Source: Sedimentisphaerales bacterium
GTDB taxonomy: Bacteria; Planctomycetota; Phycisphaerae; Sedimentisphaerales; Anaerobacaceae
Assembly: GCA_963708075.1 (NCBI GenBank)
Contig: OY970194.1
Location: 6,592,001 to 6,656,000 of the forward strand
Length of the DNA: 64,000 nucleotides
Direction: 5' to 3'
The translations under genes and the position numbers were made by a program. Below, one piece after another: positions 30,001 to 39,582 of the stretch (its first letter is position 1; each line of letters opens with the position of its first letter). Below the pieces are notes generated by a model, which saw only the letters and a program-made list of their open reading frames with translations, was not told the origin of the DNA and did not search any database.

Positions 30001-30977
30001 CCGGAGTCGTGGTTAAGTTCGCCGGACGATTCGGACTGACGGTCGTGTACAGGGCAACCCTGCGTGCCATCGGCGCCGAGCGGGATAAGATCGTCTTCAC
30101 CGCATCGGATACCGCGGAAGGCTGGTTCGGCATTCGCTTCCTCAATAGCGGAGCCGATGACACGCTAAGGCACTGCACAATCGAGTACGCAAAGAAGCCT
30201 TCCACCGGCGGGGGCGGCCTTCTGGATCTGTTTGGCGGCGCGATCCTCTGTTGCAGCCCGCCGGATGAAGAGCCGGGCTTCCCCATTGCTTCCAGCCCGA
30301 CAATCGATTCCTGCCTGATTGCGCACAATCTCGCCCGCACCGGCGGCGCGATCATGTGCACGGAAGAGTCCGAAGCCACAATCACCAACAACACCATCGT
30401 AGAGAATTCTGCCGAGATCGATGGCGCGGCCATCGCTCTCTATGATGCGTACTGCGAGGTGGCCAATAATGTGATCGCCCGCAATTCCTCCGACGTGGTC
30501 GGTGGCGGGATTATGAACTATCTCGGCTGTCCGTTGATCGCCAACAACACGATCGTTCATAACAGGCCCACTGCGATGCACCTTGAGGCGACGACCATGT
30601 ATGGCCTCGTCTTCGAGAGCTGTATCATTGTCAATAACATTGTCTGGGAGAACGAGGTATTCCTGTCCGAGGATGTCATGGATGACGAGTACGAGATCGA
30701 GTACAACGACATCCAGGGCGGCTGGCCGGGGAAAGGCAATATCGACGTAGATCCGCTCTTCGCAGACCCGGCGGCGGGAGATTACCATCTGAAGTCCAAG
30801 GCGGGCCGCTGGAAGGCCAGCACGCAAGGCTGGATAAAAGACAGCGTTACCAGTCCATGCATCGACGCCGGTGATCCGGGGGCCGATGTGGCGGATGAGC
30901 CACAGCCCAATGGACAGCGCATTGATATGGGCGCCTATGGCGGGACCGAGCAGGCCAGCAAGTCATCCGGCCAGTAA
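27042..30977 (+). CDS. C10 (streptopain-like) cysteine protease with prodomain, Ig-like and beta-helix modules
   Basis: WDQDTPYNKFCP, VGCAATALAQ (Cys), GHLVVCDGY (His), HLNFGWG; duplicated SGxWxxAQSPY...IEPGV module; C-terminal SPCIDAGDP...DMGAYGG. Confidence 0.88.
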   Translation: MDCPARRESLIVIAAVSLFLSSALFAESVDLSQAREAADSFLKMRAARPDKSRNTLSVASSEGITAAGIREVRDDNGTVLAYVTDLTPRGFIAMSADTDLVPIIAYSFRNSLPADLDESNPLYRMLREDLRLRTIALAEHPELKSVETSKLWDSYISAQAAEPNDATFEQWPAEGATSTGGWLETAWDQDTPYNKFCPLDPVDRARSYVGCAATALAQLLNYHRHCEANFSDADSYMAYSGMKIDADSTLYDFPSFGELNGYLDAARAKYSAGADVNDTDAAALSFACGVAMGMDYSSEGSGAAPVAVRDGLLDKLGFHAADMFGGLSADTYRALQENMINQLPALVGICTPDGYMGHLVVCDGYNTNDEYHLNFGWGSDYPDKMTEVWYRLPTDLLSHKNVISEVILNIQPTKPVLEVDPVSMSFHSAPGQESAQQSLRLANDVEGVHVHSVSSPDGFLIARAGGQYSNRLDSFAIQRAGEGATINVKFRPERAGGYHGTLVIQYGDGRAKYVILKGWSYDGGTRIMAGNVSGVWSQAQSPYFVMGDIQVPQGRELGIEPGVRVFFVGPYSMTVGRNARLTARGNAAHLVEFTAWNRDCGWTGLRFVDSGDDDLLSHCSITFAKKGAGAIPQGNSTAGTSAETRGGAIYCEGSDPTIENCKITNNVGDVGGAVYCVGSSPVISNTLIANNTSAGGRPRSGGVCCDQWGVPELKNCTIVHNSPGGIFATSWEGTNVTNTIVWGNDVYQIQTDECSPTVSFCDVQGGYRGEGNMNVDPCFFDPSAGAGIDYDGLAASWALRTRSPCVNAGTQIADLPSTDLAGGSRIQSDVVDLGAYENQSSVPLMTISPSVIADAGFVPVDANAAVQLDIENTGTGDFKIEGLSIADANGIFSLLTPVQDRILSPGDSVQVKAGFRPRQEKSYTATMDVHSTADNGEHRQVTLRGVGVSGTIVPGPSVSGTWKKAQSPYVITGDIRIPKSKTLTIEPGVVVKFAGRFGLTVVYRATLRAIGAERDKIVFTASDTAEGWFGIRFLNSGADDTLRHCTIEYAKKPSTGGGGLLDLFGGAILCCSPPDEEPGFPIASSPTIDSCLIAHNLARTGGAIMCTEESEATITNNTIVENSAEIDGAAIALYDAYCEVANNVIARNSSDVVGGGIMNYLGCPLIANNTIVHNRPTAMHLEATTMYGLVFESCIIVNNIVWENEVFLSEDVMDDEYEIEYNDIQGGWPGKGNIDVDPLFADPAAGDYHLKSKAGRWKASTQGWIKDSVTSPCIDAGDPGADVADEPQPNGQRIDMGAYGGTEQASKSSGQ

Positions 30978-30988
30978 CGCGGGAGGTA

Positions 30989-31864
30989 TTAACGCTGGCT
31001 GACAGGCGCGTTTCTTACGCAGCGAAAGCCGTAGATGTCGTATCCGAAGCAGACGTCCACATAGCCGGGAGCTTCGTTGTAGCGATAGCCGGAACGGCAG
31101 TTGTCGCCGCTGAACTTCCAGGCGCCGCCGCGAACTACCTTGTTCTCGCCTTCCTTCGGCCCGCGAGGATTCTCCCGGGGTGATTGCTGATAGTAGTCCA
31201 CCTGGTAGAAGTCGTTACACCACTGCCATACATTGCCGATCATGTCGCATAGTCCCCACGGATTCGGCCGCTTCTGCGCCACGGGCTGAGGGTGTCCCCC
31301 GGAGTTCTTATCGAACCAGGCATGATCGCCCAGTTTGGAGACGTCGTTCCCGAAGAAGTAGGTTGTTTGAGTCCCTGCCCGGCAGGCGTATTCCCACTCC
31401 GCCTCCGTGGGCAGCCGGTACCCGTTGGCTTCAAAATCGCATTGCCATGTTTCCAGGTTATAGCAGGGTTGAAGCCCCTCCAGGCGGGAACGCGCGTTGC
31501 AGAACTTCACGGCATCGGACCAGCGCACTTGCTCCACGGGATTCTTGTCTGCCTTCCAGCGGGACGGATTGTCGCCCATGATGTTTTGATATTGCTCCTG
31601 GGTCACCAGGTGCTTGTCCATATAGACGGGGCTTACGACGACCTCGTGAGGTGGGGCATCGACCTCATCCTTGTCGCCCATCATGAACGCGCCCCCGGGA
31701 AGCTGGGCCATCTCGATCTCAGGTGTTTTGCTCGTCGCGCCGTCGGTTGCCTTGGTGTCATTGTCGGGAGTTTTGTGCTCGCAGCCTTGGATCAGGGACA
31801 GAGCCACGGCGAGGAAAAGCACAGTTGTCAGGGAGTATCTCATGGTTCTCAGTTTCCAGTTCAT
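30989..31864 (-). CDS. FGE/SUMF1-fold lipoprotein (likely start 31843)
   Basis: Lipobox-like LIQGC; FMMG, RLPTEAEWEYACRAG, NPWGLCDMIGNVWQWC, RGGAW, GFRCVR. Confidence 0.9.
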   Translation of the reverse strand: MNWKLRTMRYSLTTVLFLAVALSLIQGCEHKTPDNDTKATDGATSKTPEIEMAQLPGGAFMMGDKDEVDAPPHEVVVSPVYMDKHLVTQEQYQNIMGDNPSRWKADKNPVEQVRWSDAVKFCNARSRLEGLQPCYNLETWQCDFEANGYRLPTEAEWEYACRAGTQTTYFFGNDVSKLGDHAWFDKNSGGHPQPVAQKRPNPWGLCDMIGNVWQWCNDFYQVDYYQQSPRENPRGPKEGENKVVRGGAWKFSGDNCRSGYRYNEAPGYVDVCFGYDIYGFRCVRNAPVSQR

Positions 31865-31887
31865 GCTTGTCGACTTGGCGTTTCACA

Positions 31888-33728
31888 TCAATAATTCGGC
31901 CAGATTTCGTATCCGTCGGGATTCCGCAGGCACAGTCTGCAGCGCCTGCGGATTTCCTTCGCCACCTCCACGGCTTTGGGCTGAGTCAGGCAACCATAGC
32001 TCGCCTCCTGGTACAGCTTTCGGACAGTCACGTGATACTGTCCCAGAAGGCCATCCTGGGCGCCGCCCATCGCTCTCCATTTCTCGCTGAGATCCTTGTA
32101 CGTCGGCAGGTTCTGAGGGTCTTTCTTTGTCGTGAGAGCCTTGGTTTTGCGGGCCAGCTCACCCGCGTATTCCAGGGACTTGATGTTCTCCTTCTGCACG
32201 GCGTATTCCTGCGGTATCTGCTGCGCGATCTGTTCCAGGCTGTCAAGGTACGGCTTCAACTCGGCCGAAGATGCACTGGCCGCGCGCAGGAACTTGATCA
32301 TGTCATTGGCGAAAGCTCGATACTCGTCGATTCGCTCCATGTGTCGCGTAACGAAGTAAACCATGTCATCCACAGCCCCCGCGACGTACTGGCCTTTTTC
32401 GACCTCCTGGCCCGCGTCGCAGACCGCCTGTATGGCTTCCGTGCCCCCGCAGGTGCAGGCGCGGCGGACCCCTTCGCCGGCCCTTCTGTGATGGGTGCGC
32501 AGCTTGCGGCCGGCAGGGTCGAGGATGCTATCGCACGCCTGTCTGCCCAGCGTCGCCTTCATCACGTCCACGGGCGTGAGAATCGAGGCGGGGGTGCCTT
32601 GTCCCTCCAGGAAGTAGATGATAGATTCGCCCTTCGGCACCACCTTCTTGCTCAGATGATAGACAGCATCATCCCCGTTGAACCACACGGGGTAGACGTA
32701 CATGCCCGCCACTGCCCGCCAGATCTGGCCCTTGGCCTCCCGGAATGTGAAAGAGGTCTTGATGCCGCTTTCGTCCAACTGGGTGATCCACCTCGCGGGG
32801 AACGGCCGTTTCCACGTGCTCACCACGTCCTTTTCCAGGTACGAGGGTTTCAACTCCTCCCTGTGCCAGATGCCCGGCGATTCCAGAACGGCCAGATAGA
32901 GGCTCTGCCCGTCGTTGTCGAAGTCTATGGATTCGATGAGACGCGTTCCTTGGCGCCATTGCCCAGGTTCAGCCTCATCTGCTGCTTTGCCTTGGGCCAG
33001 GTCATGACCAACTCGCTGTTCCCGCCTTTTGACAATCCGAGGAAGAGATTTTCCGCCGGGACGTGGAGCGTACTTGCTGAAGCAAATTGTCCGGGAGCAA
33101 CGATGAGGTCGTCGCCTACAAAGCCGGCCGCGACGCCGTACTCGATAGGACCCGACAGACTGATTCCCTTCGTATCCTCTGCAGGCCTGATCTCGACGAT
33201 CTGCGTTTTGTCGAATGCGAAGACAACCGATAGATCCTTCCCATCGCCGACGGAGAATGAGACATCGAGGGCCACTTCATCGCCAGCATTTCGCAGGACT
33301 TCACAACGGCTGATGCGGGCGGCTTTTGCCTTCATCGCAAGCGGGACCACATCCAGGATCTTCCTGCTCGCATCGGCCTTGGAGTACATGACCACTTTCC
33401 CTTTGGCCGACCAGAATACGGTGGTCACGTACTGATTCTCGACTACTGCGTCGCCCTTGAAGGAATACTCCCGGCCATAGTACCCGGGGTCCGAGGAAGC
33501 CTTGAGCGGGTCAGCTTCAAGCGTGAGAAGATCCGTAGGCACCGCTTTCCACGTGCTTCGGTCTCTTATGTCAACGGCGGCGCCAAAAGGTACGCCCGTA
33601 TCCCAGAGCACAATGCCGGCGACTGTTCTGTTTTCCGCCTGCACCAGCGACGTTCCAGCCGCAATTGTCAGCAGGACACTGAGTAATGGATATATCCAGA
33701 CGTGCGGCTCCTCGTATTGCGACCTCAT
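31888..33728 (-). CDS. Secreted hypothetical protein (frameshift at ~32940)
   Basis: Signal peptide. ORFs 32925-33926 and 31888-32853 join via ...ERV/LIESIDFDNDGQSLYL. No family recognised. Confidence 0.65.
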
Positions 33729-33981
33729 AACCAGCGTTGCCTCCAGAGTGGCTGTAATTCCACGAACACGGGGTCTCCCATCCGGTATCCTGCACCGTGC
33801 AGGAAATCCAACGGAAGAGCGGCTGCGCCAAATGGTAGCAGGAAACGCCTGCGACCGCCACGATTCACAGGCGTTTTTCTTGGGGGCATCCTCGTGGACA
33901 TGAAGAGGGACCGTCCGGGGCGTCACTCTCGCAGCTTACGGTTGTGGCGGAAGGCTCTGCTCGCCTGGACTTGTCGGCCCG

Positions 33982-35073
33982 TCATTTTCCCTTTTGGGGG
34001 AGGACGGTCAACGTTCCTGCCATCCCGCTGGCATCGTGGAGCAGACAGATGAATGGCTCGGGGCCAGGGGTCATATCGCCGATGATCAGCGTGTAGGTCG
34101 TGCCCGGAATCGGCTCCATCACCCCCGAGTTGTAGATTCCCTCGCGGGTCAGCGCCGGGCCGGGCGCAGACGGGAAGAAGGTCGCCGGATCGGCATACAG
34201 CAGCGGCGGCTCCTTTGGCTGCGGGACGGGGATGACCAGACCCGGCTCCGGCTCGCCGTTCAGAAAGGTCACCGTGTGGGGCGCGTCGTTGTGAGGGGAC
34301 ATCTCCCAGATCACGGTGTCCCCCGGGCGGACATTGAGCTTGTCGGGGAAGAACCGCATCAAGTCGATCTGTCCCTCCGCGTAGCCGATCATGACGTAGT
34401 AGGTGATAGTGCCTTCGGGGTTCTTCACGGGAGGCTTGGTCTGTGCCTCGGCCGCACGCAGCACGGCAGGCACCTGGGCGAGTCCCTCGGCGACCTGCTT
34501 TTTGCCTTCGGCCATTTGCTGGTTGGGCGACGGGATGCTCAAGTCCGGGGCCACGACCACCACCTGGCCGGACATGATGACCCCGTGCACAACGCATATG
34601 TAGTCATAGACGCCCTCCCTGGTGAAGGTGAGGCTGAACTCCTGTACCTGGCCTTCTTCCCGGCCCATCAGGCCTGAGTTGGCATAGGTGGTGCCGTCAT
34701 AAAGGTCATCGAGCGGGACGGCGGAATTGACCGCTATCGGGTTGAACAGGAGCGGACTGGGCGTGGGGGGGAACCCCGCCTCTTCCGCGGGAATGATCAA
34801 GGCAGGAAGTGTCGTGCCCGCCAGGAATGTGACGGTATGGATCTCGTTCGAGTTCTGCAGCCACTGGACTGTGTCTCCCACGTGAATGGTCACGGACTGT
34901 GGGAAATAGGCGTTGATCCCGACGCCTTTGTGGGGGTTCTCCGCCCCGACCATGACGGTGTAGGTCTGGGTCTGGGGCTCGGGTACATTCTTCTTCGCGC
35001 CATAGGTTGTGACGGACAATGTCAGGCAAACGAACAGGGCCAGTAGTGCTATAGAATGCTGGGAACGCCTCAT
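33982..35073 (-). CDS. Secreted tandem cupredoxin (two plastocyanin-like type-1 Cu sites)
   Basis: HTVTF...YICVVHGVIM and HTVTF...FICLLHDASGM. Confidence 0.85.
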   Translation of the reverse strand: MRRSQHSIALLALFVCLTLSVTTYGAKKNVPEPQTQTYTVMVGAENPHKGVGINAYFPQSVTIHVGDTVQWLQNSNEIHTVTFLAGTTLPALIIPAEEAGFPPTPSPLLFNPIAVNSAVPLDDLYDGTTYANSGLMGREEGQVQEFSLTFTREGVYDYICVVHGVIMSGQVVVVAPDLSIPSPNQQMAEGKKQVAEGLAQVPAVLRAAEAQTKPPVKNPEGTITYYVMIGYAEGQIDLMRFFPDKLNVRPGDTVIWEMSPHNDAPHTVTFLNGEPEPGLVIPVPQPKEPPLLYADPATFFPSAPGPALTREGIYNSGVMEPIPGTTYTLIIGDMTPGPEPFICLLHDASGMAGTLTVLPQKGK

Positions 35074-35205
35074 ACGCACACCTCCTTTGTCTTTGTCCTT
35101 GTCAGATTGCTTGATGTCAGCCACTCTACAATAGAATGACCGTTGCACCGCCCGCATAAGAGATTTGCTGATTTGGCGCTATCAGAATGCTGATGAGGGA
35201 GATGC

Positions 35206-37476
35206 TCATTCCTCGCGGGGCGTTGCCGGTCCTCGCCAGATGCTGCCGCCGAAGGTGGTGATGTAGATCACGCTGTCATCGGACGGGTCGAAGGTTACTC
35301 GCTGGATATTCGAGAAGGGCAGGTCATCAAAAGGCTGCCAGGTCTGGCCGTCGTCTTGCGAGAGCCAAAGTCCGGCGCCGGGGGCCCCCTCGGTGAGCGT
35401 CATGTAGATCCAGCCGTCGTGCTTCGGATGGAAGTACCCGCCGAAAGTCTGCGGGCCCTGGCGCCCAATGCGTTGCCACGCCTTGCCGCCGTCGGCTGTG
35501 CGATACAGGCCGCCGGACTGGTCGCCCCCGCCTGCATCGCAGGTCCCTGCGAGGATGATGTTACTGTTTTGCGGATGGACGGCGAAATCCTTGGGATACA
35601 GGAATAATGTCGAGGCGTTGACCTTCTCCCAGGTCTCCGCGCTGTCCTTGGAACGGTACAGGCCGACGCCTTCAGGCATGAGCGGCTTGGCCCGGGCGGA
35701 CCGCGCGGCACAGATCATCGCGAACAGCGTGCCGTCTCTGTGCAGAATTATGCGGGAGACGCGCATGTTCAGAGGATCGCCCAAGCCGTTCTTCTTCAGC
35801 GTCCAGGTCTTGCCATCGTCGGTGGATTTGTAGACGCCTTCCATGAAGACGCCGGCGTAGAGAGTGCGCGCGCTCTTTGGGCTTTTCGGATCGACCACGA
35901 TCCCCGTCACCGGCCGAAGCGGCAGGCCCTGCGCCTCGGATTTCCACGAGGCGCCGAAGTCCCGCGAGATGCACAGGCCGCCGGGACCGTTATGGCCGTG
36001 ACGCTCGGAGATGATGTTGTCGTTCGGGATGTCGTGCACATCGGAGAACGCGCCCCACATCTTGCCCGGGATTTCCGGGTCGAAGGCCATTTCATAGCAC
36101 GTGTTTCGCCATGGGGCCCAGGAGTTCTTGTCCCACCAGATCCAGGTCTTTCCCGCATCGACGGACCTCGCGAAACCGATGTCCGTATACGCGATGTAAT
36201 GCCGATTGGGCTCGAACGGATCGATGTAGTAGTTCCACGTTGTAGTGACCACCAGCCCGGTGCACACCCATGCGGAACTCGGCTGGGGTTTCTGGCCCGG
36301 GGCCGGGTAGGTATCGCCGCTGAACCACGTTTCGCCGCCATTGTGTGTGATGTAGCTTTGGCTGTAGACCAGGATCAGCCGATTGGGGTCGGTGTTGCAG
36401 ATGGCAGCTCCGAAGGGCGTCTCGCCTCCCTTGAACGACTGTCCCGCCGAGGCGGTGACGTAAGTGGGCGCGACGTTATATTGTGTGAAACGCGGGTCCT
36501 GGTAGAAAGTGGCACGCCAGTTGCCGCCGCCGTCATCGCTGCGATAGACCGTCTCATGGTAGGGGGGATGGAAGCCGGTGCTCGTGTTCATCACATAGAC
36601 GGTGAGCGGCGCCGCATCCGTTGTCAGAATCTGCCTGTACTGGGCGATGGAGCCATACGACCACTGGTCCAGCTTGCCTATCCGTGTGTTGATGCCGGGG
36701 CCCATGGCGGACTGCCAGGTCTGGCCGCGATCGCGGGAACGATAGACGCTGCCTGTGAAGACGCCACTCTCATCTTTGCTCGGCACGGTGCAGTAAAGCA
36801 CAGTCGTGCCTGTTTTCAGATCGGACCCGCCGGCGAATCCCTGGATCTCCTTCCACGGCAGCCCGTCCATCTTCTCCGCCCAGGTCTTTCCGCCATCATC
36901 CGACCGCCAAATGCCTTTGTCGGTCGTGGCGAACATAAGATGGCCGTCGAACTGGAACCCGATCACCTGGCCTTGCGGACCCGGGCAGGCCGTCCAGGTC
37001 TCGCCCGCGTCGCGCGACAATTGACATCGGCCACCGCGTGTGCCGACAAGCATGACGTTCGGGTCGGATGGGTTGATTGCGATCTCGCCGGAGAGCGATT
37101 CCTTGAGATTGCCGATGGGCGTGAAGGTTCGGCCCTTGTCACGGCTGACCCGGAGCCGGCCGCCGGAGGAGGCGTAGACCACGTTTGGATTGAACGGATG
37201 AAAGCCCGGCCGGCATTGTGTATCACTTCGCAGTTGGGCGTGATGAATCATGCGCCAGTTGTGCCCGCCATCCTCGGAGATATAGGCCGCGCTCATGTCA
37301 CAGTTGAGCATCATCAGATGCGGATCTGCGGGCGAGATGGCGGGGGAGAACATGCCCCCTCCGCCCGACAAGCCCGCCGGCTCCCATTGGGCTCCCAAAC
37401 CGGTGCTGAGAGATATCAGCGATGACAGGACCAGACCAAGACGATAGGCCGGTGAAGATGAGGTGCGGGGATTCAT
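35206..37476 (-). CDS. BNR/Asp-box beta-propeller protein (GH74/sortilin-like)
   Basis: Many S/TxDGGxTW Asp-boxes; N-terminal GGG...CDMSAAY. Confidence 0.8.
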   Translation of the reverse strand: MNPRTSSSPAYRLGLVLSSLISLSTGLGAQWEPAGLSGGGGMFSPAISPADPHLMMLNCDMSAAYISEDGGHNWRMIHHAQLRSDTQCRPGFHPFNPNVVYASSGGRLRVSRDKGRTFTPIGNLKESLSGEIAINPSDPNVMLVGTRGGRCQLSRDAGETWTACPGPQGQVIGFQFDGHLMFATTDKGIWRSDDGGKTWAEKMDGLPWKEIQGFAGGSDLKTGTTVLYCTVPSKDESGVFTGSVYRSRDRGQTWQSAMGPGINTRIGKLDQWSYGSIAQYRQILTTDAAPLTVYVMNTSTGFHPPYHETVYRSDDGGGNWRATFYQDPRFTQYNVAPTYVTASAGQSFKGGETPFGAAICNTDPNRLILVYSQSYITHNGGETWFSGDTYPAPGQKPQPSSAWVCTGLVVTTTWNYYIDPFEPNRHYIAYTDIGFARSVDAGKTWIWWDKNSWAPWRNTCYEMAFDPEIPGKMWGAFSDVHDIPNDNIISERHGHNGPGGLCISRDFGASWKSEAQGLPLRPVTGIVVDPKSPKSARTLYAGVFMEGVYKSTDDGKTWTLKKNGLGDPLNMRVSRIILHRDGTLFAMICAARSARAKPLMPEGVGLYRSKDSAETWEKVNASTLFLYPKDFAVHPQNSNIILAGTCDAGGGDQSGGLYRTADGGKAWQRIGRQGPQTFGGYFHPKHDGWIYMTLTEGAPGAGLWLSQDDGQTWQPFDDLPFSNIQRVTFDPSDDSVIYITTFGGSIWRGPATPREE

Positions 37477-37480
37477 GGTT

Positions 37481-39568
37481 TCACTTCTCCTTGAGAGGAT
37501 ACTGCGATTCGATTCGGATGGTTGTCGCGAGAGGTTCATTATTGACCGTGCCGCCGAGTTCGCCAGTGGCATTGAAATGTACTTGCCAGTGGTCCGCGAT
37601 GTTGATCCCTCCCGGCGCGACATACGTCACAGCGGCCGGTTGGAAGACCTGTTCATCGACGATCTCGAACACGTGCAGAAAGAGGGTGCGGCTTGTGCTG
37701 CTTGGATCGCCCACCTCGATCCGCCAAGGGCAAATCGGCGGCTTCAATCGGCCTTCCGTCGTGTGATTGTACTGGGCGGTCGGTTCGAGCGGATGGCCCC
37801 AGGCCTCCTTGCCGGGACCGCCCCGGACTACGATTTCCGCCCTCTCCGGCAGCAGGGGGTGCAGGAACATCCGGGATCGGCCGCGCGACAGTACCTGCTT
37901 GTCGCCATCTGCATCAGGCAGGCTCAGCCATGTCAGGCAATTCTCCTGGCGCTGTGGCTCAGTGGGGACACGGAGGAAGAAGTGACGACTGAGATTCGCT
38001 CGGATAGCCTCCACGCGGTCGAACACGACGAAGAATTCTCGTTCCCCACGAAGGTACAGAAACTGGCGGGTCACTTCGCGGGCCTTTTTGTCGTTGTAGC
38101 CCTTGGTGATATCCGCGGCGGCGTAAGTGTACTCGTGATTGTGTTCGAAGGCCAAGATGTGGCCGCGCTCGCGGGGGAAGGGGCCACCTTCGTACACGTG
38201 CCGCAGAAGGCCGCCATCATTCTCGTTGCCCTTACCCCGCCGGAATTTCTCGTTGGGATCGAAGACCGTCACGATATTGTAGATCAGCGAGCCGCCGGCA
38301 TAGTAGTCGGTATCGTTGTGGCCCTGGCCGCCCTGACGGGAGACCAGCGAGCCTTGCTTGCAGATGAGGAAGTGCCCCTCGTCGTCCCGCGAGTGTCCGG
38401 CGAATTGCGGCCCGCAACCGAAGAACGCCCAGGTCGCATTGGGATCGTTCCAGGCGCTTCGCATGTACACGTGCCCCGCGCCGGGGAACAGGTAACCCAG
38501 TGGGAGCGTGTCCGGCGGAGTGGCCTGGATGGAAGGATCATAACACGCCACACGTTGCCATCGCTCCCGGAGCCATGAGGTGCCCCGGTCTGCGAACCAT
38601 TGGGAGAGCCCGTCGCGAAGCATCGGGGCCGCGCGGGCGAATGCCGCCGGTCGGGAGCCGTCGCCATCATCGATCCAGGCCGTACGCTCGTTGTGGGGCA
38701 TCATCGTGTACGCCACCCATCGCGGCGATTCCACAGGATAGCCCCAGGGTTTCAACTGCCTGAACAGGTCCATGCCCGTCGCCGTGCGCCATGCGTGGAA
38801 GGCATACGGGATGACCGTCACCGGTCCGTACGCGCCATGCCCATAGGACTCCGACCAGACGCCGCCCATCTTATCGAACGCCGGGATGCACTCCGCAGGC
38901 ACCCGTTGGTTCCAGGAGTCGAGGAAGCTCCTCGCATCCGCTTGGTACGCGGTGCCCTCGCCGTGGATCGCCAGTGCGATAAGCAGCTTCTGGGTGATCG
39001 CATCGCGGCTGTTGCCGATGTTCAGGTGGATCGGGCCCCACGTCTGGTTGTATTCCCAATGGCCCCACTTGAGCAGGATTTCAGGCGTGTCGGTGAAGAA
39101 TCGCAGCCATGATCCGAGGGCGTCGCCGAATCGTACTCGCTGCTCGGGCGTCAGTGCGTCGTAGATCCAATCGTACGCTATCGGATGATACCCGAAGTGA
39201 CTTCCCTCGCGATTGGAGATGAGGCTGCCGTTACCCCATTGCTTGATGATCGTCTCCGCATAGGGCCGGGCGTCATGTCCTCTCTCCCGCTCGACGAGGT
39301 ATGCGATGCCGCAGTTCATCAAGTCCTCGGGAATGGCCCAGGCGTTTGAGATGTACTGGATGCCGCCTCGTTGCACGGCGTCGTCCGCCTGCTGCTTGAT
39401 AATGTGATAGTCGTCGGCGAGCGGTCCATCACACCGCCGGGCCATTTCCTGCACGTCCTCGATGAACAGCCGCGGATGAGTCGGTTTGACCTGGTACTCG
39501 GCCTGAGCGAGGCAGACCTGAAACGTTGTCGTCACGATGACTGCCAAGATTGTCACGTGTATCGGCAT
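37481..39568 (-). CDS. Heparinase II-like polysaccharide lyase
   Basis: HPRLF, AYDWIYD, ESYGHG, VYMRSAW, HSRDDEGHF, TRQFLYL...VFDRV. Confidence 0.7.
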   Translation of the reverse strand: MPIHVTILAVIVTTTFQVCLAQAEYQVKPTHPRLFIEDVQEMARRCDGPLADDYHIIKQQADDAVQRGGIQYISNAWAIPEDLMNCGIAYLVERERGHDARPYAETIIKQWGNGSLISNREGSHFGYHPIAYDWIYDALTPEQRVRFGDALGSWLRFFTDTPEILLKWGHWEYNQTWGPIHLNIGNSRDAITQKLLIALAIHGEGTAYQADARSFLDSWNQRVPAECIPAFDKMGGVWSESYGHGAYGPVTVIPYAFHAWRTATGMDLFRQLKPWGYPVESPRWVAYTMMPHNERTAWIDDGDGSRPAAFARAAPMLRDGLSQWFADRGTSWLRERWQRVACYDPSIQATPPDTLPLGYLFPGAGHVYMRSAWNDPNATWAFFGCGPQFAGHSRDDEGHFLICKQGSLVSRQGGQGHNDTDYYAGGSLIYNIVTVFDPNEKFRRGKGNENDGGLLRHVYEGGPFPRERGHILAFEHNHEYTYAAADITKGYNDKKAREVTRQFLYLRGEREFFVVFDRVEAIRANLSRHFFLRVPTEPQRQENCLTWLSLPDADGDKQVLSRGRSRMFLHPLLPERAEIVVRGGPGKEAWGHPLEPTAQYNHTTEGRLKPPICPWRIEVGDPSSTSRTLFLHVFEIVDEQVFQPAAVTYVAPGGINIADHWQVHFNATGELGGTVNNEPLATTIRIESQYPLKEK

Positions 39569-39582
39569 AGCTTTCTCCTTCT

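Noticed and set aside
30989..31140. FGE/C-type-lectin C-terminus as a DGR variable region
   Set aside because: No template repeat or reverse transcriptase in the window.
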